Below, piece by piece: positions 27,915 through 45,992 of a stretch of 64,000 nt of DNA. Source of the stretch: the human T2T-CHM13v2.0 reference genome, Homo sapiens. The notes under the pieces are model-generated. The model ran no database searches, had not been told where the DNA came from, and saw only the letters and a program-made list of their open reading frames with translations. The position numbers were made by a program, and so were the translations under genes. Location: assembly GCF_009914755.1 (NCBI RefSeq), contig NC_060930.1; one strand, written 5' to 3'. How positions within the stretch are numbered: the stretch's first letter is position 1; every line of letters begins with the position of its first letter.

Positions 27915-28840
27915 ATATTATAAATGGGCAAAGGATGTGAATAAACATTTTCCTGAGGAGATATCAAATGGCAAATAAGCACATTAAAAGATTCTCAACA
28001 TCAGCAGCCATCAGCAAAATGCAAATCGGAACCACACGCTCACTAGGACAGCTATAATTAAAAAGTCAGACAATAACTAGTGTTGTGGAGAAACTGGAAA
28101 TTTCATACACTACTTCTAGGAATGTTAAATGGTGCAGGTGCTTTATAGAATAGTCTGGTAGTTCTTCAAAAAGTTAAAAAAATAGAGTTATCATATGACC
28201 AGCAATTCTACTCCTAGGTATATGTCTAAGAGAAATGAAAATACATGTCCACACAAATACCTGTACATGAATATTCATAGCAGCATTATTCATAATGGTC
28301 AAAAGGTGAACACAACTCAGAAGTCCATCAATTGATGAATGGATAAATACAATACAGCATATCCAGAAAATAGAATATTATTCAGCCATAAAAAGGAATG
28401 AAGTGCTGATAAATGCTATACTATATATAAAATTAAAATATTTCAATTAAAAATTGTATACTAAAACTTTTTAATTTTTAGCATTTTTAGTATACAATTT
28501 TTAATTAAAATATTTTAATTTTATATTATATAGAGAAAAATTTTAAATATTATGCTAAGGGAGCCAGACACAAAAAATCACATATTATATGACTCCATTT
28601 ATGTGAAATGTCCAAAATAGGCAAATTTATAGAGAAAGAAAGGAGATTAATGGTTGCTGGGGCTTAGGGAATTGGTGGGAAATGAGTACTGACTGCTATT
28701 TGAGACGGTGTTTCTTTTTAGGGTGACAGTGTTCTAAAATTGATTGCGCTTATGGTTGCACAACTCTGTGAACAAAGATCACTGAATTGTATAAATAGGT
28801 AAAATGTATAGTATGTGAACTACATCTCAATAAACTTACA
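27915..28840 (+). mobile_element. Older L1M (L1MB-like) 3' end, right half
   Basis: ORF2 C-terminal and 3'UTR motifs (gcaattctactcctaggtatat, atgaatggataa, tatgactccatttat..) ending in atctcaataaa. Confidence 0.8.
28425..28526. repeat. AT-rich inverted repeat: 42-bp arms, 1 mismatch, 18-nt spacer
   Basis: atataaaattaaaatatttcaattaaaaattgtatactaaaa (28425-28466) pairs with the reverse complement of 28485-28526. Confidence 0.92.
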
Positions 28841-28843
28841 TAA

Positions 28844-29159
28844 TTTTTTTTTTGAGACAGGGTCTTCCTCTGTCACTCAGGCTGGAGCACAGTGGCAGGA
28901 TCACAGTTCACTGCAGGTCTGACCACCTGGCTCTAGTGATCTTCCTGCTTCAGCCTCTCGAGTAGCTGGAACTACAGGTATGTGACACCTGCCTAATTTT
29001 TTTTTTTTTTATTTTTTTTTTTTATAGAGACAGGGTCTCGCTAAGTGCTTAGACTGGTCTCAAACTCCTGGGCTCAAGTGATCCTCTTGCCTCAGCCTCC
29101 TGAGTAGCTGCCTTGCCTCAAAGTGCTGGGATTACAGGCATCAGCCACCTCACCTGGCC
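28844..29159 (-). mobile_element. AluJ-like
   Basis: Diverged dimer with an internal duplication of gcctcc..gagtagctg. Confidence 0.9.
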
Positions 29160-30020
29160 TATTATACAATCTTTTAAACTTATCTATACTCATTGTTTTC
29201 TTTAGCAGTTGCTAATGAGATGACCTAATTTTGAATATACCATTAGAGAAAATGCATTCATTAAATTATTCAATTTATATCATAGGAATAAATTATGAAT
29301 ATACAGAAATATAATCATTTGCCACTACAACCACTTACATATCTTTATTTTTATTTAATGATGCACTAAATATAGTATTTTTATTTTAATTATTTTTTTA
29401 GAGACAGAATCTTGCTATGTTGCCCAGGCTGGGACTATAAGTGTGCACCAGTGTACCTGGCTTTAAACCCTGAATCATATTAAGATTAAAAAAAAAAAAA
29501 AAGAGGTAAAGTGATCATTACCAAAAAATAAACTAACAAGAAAGAACTGTTAATGTTAAGAAAGTTTTCTCAGACAATAAAACTAAATGACAAAAAAACA
29601 ATTTAATATTTGAACAGGCTCCTCACATCCCTCAAAATCCCATATCCCAACCCGATATCCTATAACTTTCATACATGAATTAAAGAAAGGTTTTCTTAGG
29701 ACTATGTTTAATTATTTAGAGTCCTGGGTTGATATGGCAAGTGAGTTCTACTAAGCATACAGTTGATCTCACGGGGTCCTGAATAAGGCAAAATGATAAA
29801 TCATAAAAATCCAAAGTCCAAAGCTTTGGGCAAAAACACATTAACTAAACTTGTCAAAAACAGTGCAAACCAGAAGTCAGTGGAGCAACATCTTTAATGT
29901 ATTAAAAGACAAAAAAAACAGTCAATTTTTTAGTGGTTACCCTGGAGTTTGAAGTATACATTTGCAACTATTCTAAATCCACTTTCAAATAATACTATAC
30001 TGCCTCAAAGGTAACTTATA

Positions 30021-31502
<1,482 letters not shown>

Positions 31503-32214
31503 ATAAGGGACAGCCCTCCTGTCCCTTATAAAATTGCTGCCATTAATTTCACTTATCCCTAAACTATAACTGAATGCATTACTGCTATTATTATTTTGAA
31601 CAGTTACCTATCAGTTAAGAACAAGAAAATAAAAGATTTTACCTTTACTTATTCCTTTTCTAATACTCTTCCTTTCTTTATGTAGATCCAAGTTTCTCAC
31701 CTATATCATGTTCCTTTTCTCTGGAGAACTTCTAACATTTCTTATAAGGCAAGTAACATTTCTTACTGGCAACAGATTCCCTCAATGTTTATTTGTCTGA
31801 GAAAGTTTTTTATTTCTCTTTCATTTTGAAGGATAATTTCACTGCACACAGAATAATTCGAGGTTGGTGTTTTTCTTTCAACACTTAAAACACTTCACTC
31901 CTCTCGCTTCTTGCTTGCATTGTTTGTGAACAGAAGTCCGATGTAATTTTTGCTTTCTTCACATAGAAGTAAGGTGGGTTTTTTCGCCTCTGGTTTCTTT
32001 CAAAATTTTCTCTTTATCTTTGGTTTCCTGCAGTTTGAATATGATATGTGTAGGTGTTTAATTTTGGAAAATTCTCAGTCATTATTACTTCAAATATTTA
32101 TTTTGTTCTTCTGAAAAGCCCATCAAAGGTATTCTTCATTTCTGTTATAGATTTTATTTCTAGCATTTCCTTTTCTTACAATTCCAATCCCTATGCCTCT
32201 ATTATCCATCTGTT

Positions 32215-32533
32215 CTTTTTGTTACTGTTGTTGTTGTCGTCATTGTTGTTTTTGAGACAGGGTCTCGCTCTGTCACTCAGGCTGGAGTGCAGTGGCGTGA
32301 TCTTGGCTCACTGCAGCCTTGACCTCATGGGCTCAGGCAATTCTCCCACCTCAGCCTCCCAAATGGCTGGGAGTACAAGCACATATGCCACCACACCCAG
32401 CTAATTTTATTTTTTATAGAGACAAGGTCTCACTATGCTGCCCAGGCTGGTCTTGAACTCCTGGGCTCAAGTGATTCTCCCACCTCGCTTCCCAAAGTGC
32501 TGAGATTACAGGTGCGAGCCACCACGTCCAGCC
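32215..32533 (-). mobile_element. AluJ-like
   Basis: Diverged dimer with a (TTG)n-like tail; imperfect TSD catctgttctt. Confidence 0.9.
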
Positions 32534-34148
32534 ACTCATCTGTTCTTGTATATTGTCTACATTTTTTATTACAGACCTTACCATGTTACTCATCATTATT
32601 TTAAATTATCAATCTGACAATTCCAAAATCTCTGCCATATCTAGCTGGGAGTTAAGACTGTCATGTTTACTATTTGCTGTAGTTATAGGTGTTAGAGGCT
32701 AATATTTTCTCTACTGTCCTTGTTTTTGTCTCATACTGTCTTTGGGTTTCCCTAGAAACTCTTTACATAGTGTGAGTCTAAGCCTTGCAGTTCTTTCAGC
32801 TGTAATCTTCTGTTATTATACAGGAGCCTGCTGACATGAGGGGAGGGGAAGAACCTGTTGATGTGGGGTATGGGGAGAAGATAAAGTGTTCTATAGTCCT
32901 ATGATTACGTTTCAGTCTTTAAGTGGGCCTGTGTCCCGGGGGTGTGACCGTCACAAGTGATTTTCAGCTTTTCCCCCCACTTAGGTGAAACAGGAAGAAT
33001 AAAGGGGGCTGGAGTTAGATACTTCCCTTTCCCTGAGTTGGTTACGGCGCTGGTGGTTTCCCTTGGCAAATGTTACATGTGACCTTGTAAACAATGTGTA
33101 TTCTGAAATTATTAGGTAGGTGTAGGGTTCTAAAAATGTCAATTAGACTGAGTTGGTTGACAGTGTTGTTCAAGTGTTTCATATACTTACTGATTTTCTA
33201 CCCACTTGTTTCACCAAATGCTGAAAAGAGGAGTGTTGAAGTCTCCAACTGTAACACTGGCTTTATCTTTTTCTCTCTTTAGTTCTCCCTTATGTTCTCC
33301 CTTGATGTCAGTATTGCATCAAGTTTTTTGAACTTTTTGTCTTTTTGAAAACTTGAACTTTTTATCATTTTGAAATATCCCTCTTTAATTCTGATAATAC
33401 GTCTTACCATGAAGTCTACTTTGCCTGATCTTTAGATACGCCAGTGTTCCTAGTGACTTTTCCTTGCAAAGTACATTTCTCCACTGTTTTACTTTCAAAC
33501 TGTCTATATATTAAGTATGATTCTTATGAGCTGCATATGGTAGTGCTTTGCATTTTAAGTTAGAATAATAAGTCCACGTAAAACTAATCCAATTATTTAA
33601 GTAATAAGGTTTGAGGTTATGTTTTGCCATTTTGTTTTCTATTTTTCCTGCTTATTCATTGCTCATTTTTTCCCCTAACCTGCTCTCTTTTGGCCTGAAA
33701 AAATTTTAGATTCAATTCTGCCTTATCAGTTGTCTTATTAACTACATCTCTTTAAGTAGTTGTTCTTATGATGATTTCCCTGTATATGGTTTGAGAGATT
33801 TTTCTTGGCTGCTTTAAAGATTTTTATTAATTTGCAACAATTCAATTATGATGTGCCATGGTGTCTCTCTCTCTGTGTGTATGTGTGTGTGTGTGTCCTG
33901 TTTAGGATCGGTGGTGGTGTTTTTTGTTTCTGGGACAGGATTTCACTTTGTCGCTCAGGCGGCTATGTTGTTATTTATAAGTTTTGTTCTATTGTGTTTT
34001 CATTAAAATTACTAAATACACTTAAATACCTATCTTAAAGTCCTTTTCCTTGAATTTGATCACATATTGCATTCTGGGTCTGTTTTTATTCACAAGACTT
34101 TCTCCTTTTTATAGATTACATTTGCCTACTTCTTTATATATCTAGTAA

Positions 34149-34385
34149 TTTTTTTTTTTCTCAGACAGAGTCTTTCTCTGTTGCCCAGGCTGGAGTGCAG
34201 TGGCTCACTGCAACCTCCGCTTCCTGGGTTCAAGCCATTCTCATGCCTCAGCCTTCCGAGTAGCTGGGACTACAGGCGCCGCCACCTCGCCCAGCTAATT
34301 TTTGTATTTTTAGTAGAGACGAGGTTTCACCATATTGGCCAGGCTGGTCTCAAACTCCTGACATTGTGATCCACCGCGCCCGGCC
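34149..34385 (-). mobile_element. AluS-like with internal deletions
   Basis: TSD atatctagtaattttt; left arm shortened. Confidence 0.9.
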
Positions 34386-36184
34386 ATATCTAGTAATTTT
34401 TAAATAGATGGTGGGCATTGTAGATACCTGCTTATATGTGGATTTTATTGTCTTCCTTTCAAGAAAGGTTTGTCCCAGCAGGCAACTAATTTACTTGCAG
34501 ATCAATCTGATTGTTTTGAGCCTCGTTTTTAAATTTTGTTAGTGCAGGTCCAGGAAAGCCTTTACGCTAAGACTACATTAGCCCTACTCATAAGATGTGA
34601 CCTTTCTGGAATTTCTACTGAATGCCTGGTGTATTCAAGAAGGTCTCAATACTCTGAATAGACAAAATGTTCATATTTTGCAGATGTGTGCAAACTTTGG
34701 TAGTTGCTTAATTTATGGTTTTCAGTAGCTATCCTTTCACTGAAAATTGGCCTCATAGGGTCTTAACCTGTCCATACACAGCTTAACATTCAGCCATAGG
34801 CTGTTCATTTATTCATTTCATGAAGGAATTTAGAAAAGATGCTATCCTTTAGTCTGATACATGACTTTAATGGTGTAGGCCAGAAATTCTTAATTGTTTT
34901 ATAAAAAGGAGTTAATTCTATTTCCCAAAGCTCTGAGGTCAAAGAGAACTGATTTTAAATATTCCAAACCAAACAGAAAACAGAGTACCATTATTGTCCA
35001 TGTTCCATTCCCTCTATAAAATATGGGCAAACAACAGAGAATTAACAAAGTGTGTATAGCAATGGTAACTGACATGGAAATGTAACATGTAGACAGGCCT
35101 TCAAACATCTACTGGCAGATTAGGAAGTATTGGTTAAAAACACAGGTTCATAAAACTATAGATCAGCAGAAAAGGAACTGATTGCCCATTGCATAGTGCT
35201 AGACCAAGTGGTTATCAAGCTGGGAAAAAAGGTAGGGTTAGATTTCCAAAATCATACTGCCCAAGAAATCAATCCAGATAGATTCAAATCCAAGTATATA
35301 CAAAATATTTTTAAAGTCTCTGTCTAGAAGGAGATTTTTAAAAACAAGCATAAAAGGCTTAAACTACAAAAGAAAAAGCTATGACTTTAAATTAAAATGG
35401 CCACAAATACCACAAATTAAAAGACAAAGACCTGAAAGAGATGTTTCCAATACACTTAACCACAAATGATCAGTATCCAGAATATATAAAGAACTCCTAC
35501 AAATCAGTAAGAAAGATAGCAACCCAAAAGAAAAATGGTGAAAGAATATGATGGGGCCATTTCCACAGAAAAGGAAGAAAAGGAAAGTAGAACGACTGAT
35601 AATATATCAAATGATAATCAACCTTTAGGTTTTACGTTCTGAAAATTCCTACAAACTTCTTTCACTCAAAACAAAACTTTTTGATACAGCCAAGATAAAA
35701 TGCCTAACGGGTTAGTTGCTTGGTGTAGGCTTTCTCTACTCCAGTACAATAAAATTAGACTTATTTGAAAGGAAAAAAATGCCAGGGCTATAATGTCATC
35801 TGCTAATTTGTCCTTTTTGTCATTAGAAAAATTTCACAAAGCAGGTTAATGTTTAAGGTATATTTTCCTCAACTGGCAAAGAGAACTGAATACTGTTCAT
35901 CCTACTTCTTTCCCAGAAGTATAGTGGCCAAAGCGAAGGAGATTTATGGAAGGCAATGATTAACCCAGAGAACTAACCTAGGCAGTCAAGCAACCGATCA
36001 CCTCATCGTTTTCAAGAATCAACTACAGATAATAAGACGGCAACAGGAGAGAAATATAAGAAGCTCTCGGCATGTGGCCAACTGCCTTGGAAGGGAAGAA
36101 GAAACAAAAACTTTTGGGGTCCACTTAAAAACTCAATGAGAATATACTTCTATCTGAAGAAAAAAGTGTTAACAAGAATGCAGG

Positions 36185-36385
36185 TGGCAACAATAGACAG
36201 TGGGAACTACTAGAAAGGAAAGGTAGGGAGGGGGGCAAGGATTAAGTAACCATTGGGTGCCATGCTCACTACCTGGGTAACGGGGGTAAATCATGTCCCA
36301 AGCCTCAGCATCATGCAATATACCCATGTAACAAACCTGAATATGTACCCCTGAATCCAAAATATAAGTTGCAATTTTTTTAAAA
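36185..36385 (+). mobile_element. L1PA-type extreme 3' end fragment
   Basis: caatagacagtgggaactac..tacccatgtaacaaacctgaatatgtacccctgaatccaaaata. Confidence 0.8.
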
Positions 36386-37401
36386 AACAGCTAAAATAAA
36401 GAAAATTAAAAGTATTAAATATATTTAGAAATTGGAGTAAAGTTACTCTTAAAACCTTATAAAGAAAACCATTTTTTAAATATTTTCTGGTTATTCTAAA
36501 TAAATTAGGGGGATATACCAACAATTCACCATACGTTTTTACTGAACACCTAAGTGTGTACAAGGCTTTATAAAGGTAATGTGGATTTCAAAATGAATTA
36601 AGTACAACCTCTACCTTTAAAGAGCTGGGGATGGGGTTGTTGCAAAAAGTTATACTGCAAGACAGAGATGGAAACAAAATGCTTAGGGAGCCCCCCTAAA
36701 AAGGGAAACTAATTGGAATGGATGTGGCAAGAAAGGATTCATAGAAGTGTTATTTACACCAGTCTTTAAAGGATGGGTAGGAATTTAACAGATATAGGAA
36801 AAGGAGACTGGAAAAGGTAAAGCAGACAAAAAAACAGAGGGAACAGTTTAAGCAAAGGTATGGGGGTTAGACAAAGCATAGGATATATTCAGGAAATGCC
36901 AAGCATATGAGTGGGGCTGAAATATAAGATTCATGGTAAAGAGAAAGAAAAATGGGAAATAAGCCTAGAAAAGAACAATGGAGACAGACTGAGGAAGTCC
37001 CTTTACACAACACAAAAAGTTCATTTTCAGCTGTGGGGATTCAAATGATTTTGTGCTGTACAGACATACATAATGTAGCCCTTTACTGTCAGATGGGCCT
37101 GTGTATGAGTTAAGTCTCATTTTAACAATTGTGCTGTCTTGTGGTCATCAATCCACCAACTCCCATGAGAGTTAACAGTTAATCAGAATAAATGCTGAGG
37201 TTGGTTAAATGCTAAATTTTAAAACAGATCCTGCTGCTCTATAATCAATATGATTCTATTAATAGAGTAACAATATAATTTCTTGTACAAACTGGATTGT
37301 TGAGAATAAAGGTGGTTCCTATTAATAATAATGCTAGTGTAAATTAGGAACATCCCAACAAACTGGGATGAAGTGACTTTAGTTATAAAAACTCCCAAAT
37401 C

Positions 37402-37712
37402 AGCTGGGCACGGTGGCTGGCTCACGCTTACAATCCCAGCGCTTTGGGAGGCCGAGGCGGGTGGATCACCTGAGGTCAGGAGTTCGAGACCAACCTGACC
37501 AACAAGGTGAAACCCCATTTCTACTAAAAATACAATTAGCCAGGCGAGTTGGCAGGCGCCTGTAGTCCCAGCTACTCAGGAGGTTGAAACAGGAGAATTG
37601 CTTGAACCCAGGAGGCAGAGGTTGCAGTGAGCCAAGACCACGCCACTGCACTCCAGCATGAGCGACGGAGTGAGACTCTGTCTCAAAACAAACAAACAAA
37701 CAAACAAACAAA
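37402..37712 (+). mobile_element. AluS-like with (AAAC)n tail
   Basis: Dimer; TSD aactcccaaatca. Confidence 0.93.
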
Positions 37713-38538
37713 CAACTCCCAAATCACAGGGACTCTACTTTTCTTCCACAAATTCCCTTCAGTGGGAATCTCCTTTTGTAAAGCCTTAGGAGAATCTAGT
37801 ATTTGATACTGAGATTAGTGGCTATGGCATTTTAAAGAGATAGGCATATATTAAAAATGAATAAATCTACTCTTTGTATAGTAGCAGAGACTTGAAGGAT
37901 GAATAACTTCGTGTAAATCTATATGAGACTTCTTTACCTTAACTAATGACAACCATGAAGACACAAGAACTACATACTGATCACTAACCTCACAAGTATA
38001 ATTAGACTCAGATGGTATTTCCTGAGCTTCGGTGTTTTTTATATTTGAAAACAGTTAATTTTCAACTATACCTACCATCCCAAAATATATCAGTCTTTAT
38101 TTTAGCATACTGAAGGAAAAAAATCTGTTTATTGCTAAAATTACAGAATACACCTGATGGTTTGCAAAAGACTTAATACGGGTGGCTGCAAAACTTAGCC
38201 TTTAGCCTCTTGCCAAATACCGTACCAGATGTGTTCTGAATCACCAGTAAACCGGGATGCCCTCGTGTGAGATTATTTCAACTCCAACTTTCAAATGCTT
38301 GCTATTAGAAAACACTTACAGAGAAAAATGCAATCTCACTAACTAGAAATTAATAAAGAGACAAAACAAACCTGTGGTCTTTATGAGCAAATAAAACCAA
38401 AAACTTCAAATGTCACGACTCTAAGGAAAGTAATTTAACCTCTATTAATTTTCGTCAAAGTCTAAGACCTGATTAAAGATGGTTTTCACCCTGTAAAAAG
38501 TTGTTAACCTTTTCACATTAAAAAAATTCACTTTACGT

Positions 38539-38750
38539 CAGGGGTTGGCATAAGGTATAACAGGACAAATGGCAAATATTTTAGGCACTGTGGGTCACAG
38601 TGAACCTTTGGTGCAACTACCTCCTGCTGAAGCATGACAACAGCCATTATAAGTAATCGATGTGAGGGGCAGTGATCCAATAAAGTTTTACTTAGAAAAA
38701 TAGGTGGCTGGACTGGATTTGGCTCACAGACTATAGTTGGTCAACCCCTC
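38539..38750 (+). mobile_element. MER58A hAT MITE
   Basis: caggggttggca..aaatattttaggcactgtggg..ggatttggctcacagactatagttggtcaacccct. Confidence 0.75.
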
Positions 38751-39308
38751 TTTCAGAATATAAGCTCTGGGCAGTCCTTGATACATAATAGATGCTCTAT
38801 ATATGTTTATTGATGAATCATATTATTTAATAAGCAAAAAACTTAACCAAATGTCTCTACTACTATACAAACACTGTGTTCATTGAGTATTGAGACTCAA
38901 CTTCCTAAGTTAGAATTTATAGGTTATTTCCCCACACAAAATCCTTACTTTAAAATTTTTTTAATTAAAAATTTTACTTTAATTGTATTATGAATCATGG
39001 AACACTATCATGTCAGTATTGAACTCTGTTCACCCAAGATATGAATTTTCTGGCTCCTTGGGGCTGTTCATATAAATAAGCAATCCAACGATCAGGTATA
39101 AGGACTAGAGCTGAATGGTCATGTTGAGTTAAGGCCACAGTTAATACCTTAACAGGCAAGTGAGAGCCAAAGGCAAATGGGAAGAACTGTGTGGAAACTG
39201 GTCTGCAGAGAAAACAATGGAAGAGAAGTAAGACTTGTTTATACCATGCAACGAAGATCTGTGAGATTTCTCTATACTGTAATAATAAATCCCCTTTTTA
39301 CTGGAGGT

Positions 39309-39947
<639 letters not shown>

Positions 39948-40079
39948 AATTACAGCTTTTTTGAAAGAGCTTGTGGTCTTTGCAAACAAATCATTCCTGA
40001 ATAGAAAATGGAATATGAAACACTTTGGAGAGGATTTAATGCTTGAGCTTAAACTTTAAAAACGAGTAGGCAGGGTTTT

Positions 40080-41560
<1,481 letters not shown>

Positions 41561-42744
41561 CAGTGGAGGGTAAGTGCTATATACAATTACCAAAAAAACA
41601 AAACAAAACAAAAAAGGTAGAAAAGTATGGGCTTAAAATGGTACTACAAGAGCAAACTATTACATATTATGGAGAGGAAGAAAGTAATGAGAAAAGCTGT
41701 ACATTTGGATAATTAAAGAAAAAAACTGTGAAAAGACAGAAATTGTTTTACATTTTTGTAAATCACTCTAACGTCTGGGTTTCAGAAGAGAAAGCTGGGT
41801 TATCATATCCGCTTTTGTCCAATCTGTTGCTTATGCTGTTTTGGCTGGGAAAGACAACCAACCAGTCTGTGTTATGCAGAAAAGTGGAATGAGATATTAC
41901 CTATAAACTATCCTAGTCAGCTCACAACAGAAAGAACCAGAGAAGCTATTTGTTTATGAAACTTATCCCACACAGGTGATAAGGCAGAAAGGAGACAGAA
42001 TCATAACGAGTTTCCATAAAAAACATTACAGGTTCACAGTTCTTCATGAAGTGTAAGTGGATGCCATGGGTCTGAGCTGGGTGTTAGTTAAGTTCTAAGT
42101 GTAAGAAGCCAAATTGCCAGAGGTCATAGAAGAAAAAGGGGAAAGGGACCAAGTAATGGAATTACAAGGGAGGAAAGCCAGAGCAGAGTTGAGTCTAGTT
42201 CAGAATATCTCACAATATTATATTTATTATATAGTCCAACATATTTCAAGTTGAGTCAGAACATTTTAACTGGTTTTGTCACTCGCATTTATATAAATCT
42301 GTCACTTTCCCAACTTCTTCTGGGCTTAAATTCCCTAACAAAAGGCATTCTATAACATTCATAATCCTCTCAGATCTGATTCACACAGTACCTATGTTCC
42401 TATCAGTAACTCAGAAAATGACTGAAAGAGAACTTTTAGGTGCACTTTTGACAGGCTGGCTTACATGTTAAAAGTCTTACCCTAAGAGCAATTATCCCTG
42501 GGCAGATACCAACTATAACCAGGAGGTCAGAAATTAAAATCCTAGGGCACAGAATAGCTCTGTGTTGCCTTCTACTGATACTCTGCCTATATTTAAAGCA
42601 AATTTTGGGCCCAATACCGAAGGGAATTTTTATAAAGCTACCTCACAGCTTAAAAAGCCTATCAAAATAATCTCCATTAATACTTCTAAAAAGTACCACC
42701 TAATGACAACTTAGAAATCAAACCACAATCTGGTAAGAACAGAG

Positions 42745-43800
42745 GACATAAACTACAAGAAAACAGAAAACATTTGATATTTTAGGTTAGGCAAAGATTT
42801 CTTAGGTCACCAAAAAGTATGAATCACGAAAGGAAAAAAAAAAAAAAGATAAATTGGACTTTATCATAGTTTAAAACCTTGACTCTTCAAAAGATACCAC
42901 TAGAAAAATAAGAATGCAAGCCATAGATTGGGAGAAAATATCTGCAAAACATGTATCTGATAAAGGACTTGAGTCCAGAATGAATAAAGAACCCTTTCAA
43001 CTCAACAAGAAGAAAAACAACTCAATTTTGTAAAAAAGATTTGGATACTTCACCAAAGAAGATATGTGAATGGCAAATATGCACACTAAAAGATGTTCAG
43101 ATTCTTAGACCTTAGGGAAATGAAAATTAAAACCACAATGAGATATCATTACACTTTCACTAGAAAAGACAGAATTTTAAAAGACTAAATATAAACAAAT
43201 GTTGGAGAGGGTAGGAGAAACTGGACCTCCCATGAGTTGCTGGAGCTAATGCAAAATGGTACAGCCACACTGGGAAAAAAATCTGGCTGTTTCTTATGAA
43301 GTAAACTTACCATTCAACCCAACAATCCCACTCCTAAGTATTTATAAGAGAAATGAAAGTATATAATCACAGAGACTTGTACATAAATGCTTTATTCATA
43401 ACAGCCCAAACTGGAAACAATCCAAATGTTCAGCACCTAGTGAATGGTATATCCATATAATGGATAAATGCATATAATGCAATTAAAAAAAAACATTAAC
43501 TCATACGACAATGTGGATGACACTTAACTACGTAACACATGGTTCCATTTATAAGAAAGTCTAGAAATGGCAAAACTATAAGTGATTACAGTGATATAGC
43601 AGATAAGTGGTTGTGAGGGACCAGGAATAGCGAGAGAGGTTTTACTAAAAGGAGCACAAGGGAACTTTTTAGGGTGATAGAAATATTTTATATACCATGA
43701 CTGTGGTGATGATGGTTATATGACGGCATACGTTTGTCATAACTCGTCTAATTGGTCCATTTTATTATATGTAAATTATACCTCAATAAACGTGATTAAA
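42745..43800 (+). mobile_element. Old L1M (L1MB/ME-like) 3' fragment
   Basis: gcaaagatttcttag..gataaattggactttatca..aaccacaatgagatatca..tacctcaataaa. Confidence 0.8.
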
Positions 43801-44687
43801 GAAAAAGAACAGGGGAATAAACATATTTGCCCCTCATATTACCTGTCACTCACCAGAATTTATCAACACCTGACAGAAAATAGCAATAGGTAGGAAAGTA
43901 AAAATGTGGAAATCACTGGAAAGAGCAAGAAATTGATAAGAATTATGCAGTCAAGATAAAAGCAATGTCATTCTTTACATATTTTAATATATAATAATGT
44001 AATACATAAATATATATTTTAACCATTCAATAATAAGAACAATCTGATTCTAAAAGAGACCTTCATCAATCCAAAATATCACCTGCTTTATCAAAACAGT
44101 ATTTCTTAGAGTAGATTCTAAGGGTTACCTAAATCACAGGCATCAACATATTTCTGGGCACCATCCCAGACCTACTCCATCCATCACACACTCTTAGGTA
44201 AAAATAAGACCCCATTTTAAACTGTTTCCAGATAAATTATTTTGCAAATTTAGTCTCACAGAATGACTTTATTAGAAGTTCTAATGTACACGTGTGTACT
44301 CACACATATATATCAACTGGGTTTGCAATTATGCCAGGTTGATAGTATTCAATAGCACATATACTTTCCTTATAGGAAAATAGAGGTATCTCCATTTCAT
44401 GGAGACGTAGGGGGCTCAAATGAGATTATCTATAACATAAGATACACTCAAGGTTGTACTGTTCCCCAGTCATCCTGGACTTGGATAGGAACATCATTCT
44501 AAGCAGGTAAAAAAGACTTTTTGACCTTACCAAGCCTGAAGTCTCACAATGCCATACTGCCTCTCTTTTACCACTATATACTGCTTAGTAGCAGGTGACA
44601 ACCACTTTAGTTATTAATTTTAGTTAATATTTATATTATCACAAGAATATTTCCTTTAAATATGTGATATTTTAAAGTTATGTGCTA

Positions 44688-45002
<315 letters not shown>

Positions 45003-45091
45003 TTATGTGCTATGTTTCCTCCCTTACTTTATAGATTCAGTTGGTTTCTTAGACAATATCCCATGCGCTTACACACAATTTAATTTCAAAC

Positions 45092-45228
45092 TTTTTTTTT
45101 TTTTTTAATAATAGAGACAGGGTCTCACTATGTTGTCCAGGTGGGTCTCAAACACCCAGCCTGGAGCAATCCTCCTGCCTTAGCTTCCTGAAGTGAGGGG
45201 ATTACAGGCTTGAGCTACTGTGCTGGAC
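45092..45228 (-). mobile_element. FLAM-like Alu monomer
   Basis: TSD aatttcaaac. Confidence 0.85.
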
Positions 45229-45361
45229 CCAATTTCAAACACTTAAAAAAATCAAGTACTACCATGTCAAAAGAAAACAATTTAACAATAAAACAAAACA
45301 ATGTGAGGAACTACAGAAAACAAAGCTGAGTAAACAGGCCAAGGTCCTTACCTTCATGAAT

Positions 45362-45645
45362 TTTTTTTTTTTAAATGTGGTAAAATATACGTAAAATTTA
45401 CCATCTTAACCCTTTTTGGGTATACAATTCAGTGGCATTAAGTACATTCACATTATTGTGTAACCATCATCACTATCCATCTCCAGAACTTTCCCATCAT
45501 CACAAACTCTGTACCCATTAAATAATAATAAATCCCCATTCCTCCTCCATCCCACCCTCAGTAAACACTATTCTATTGTTTGTTCTCTATAAATTTGACT
45601 ATTGTAGGTATCTCATATAAGTGGAATCATGTATTTGTCCTTCCT
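45362..45645 (-). mobile_element. L1MB-type 3' end fragment
   Basis: gtggtaaaatatac..tacaattcagtggcattaagtacattcaca..ctcatataagtggaatcat. Confidence 0.8.
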
Positions 45646-45662
45646 TCCTGAGTTTTTTCTAA

Positions 45663-45992
<330 letters not shown>

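Larger units (their letters stand above)
31514..34800 (-). mobile_element. Mosaic of old L1MC/ME fragments on the minus strand (host of the Hsmar1 and two Alus)
   Basis: T-rich antisense-L1 motifs (tttgtctgagaaagtttt..ttttgaaggataattt; gttgaagtctccaactgtaa); left part of the host at ~29925-30018. Confidence 0.6.
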
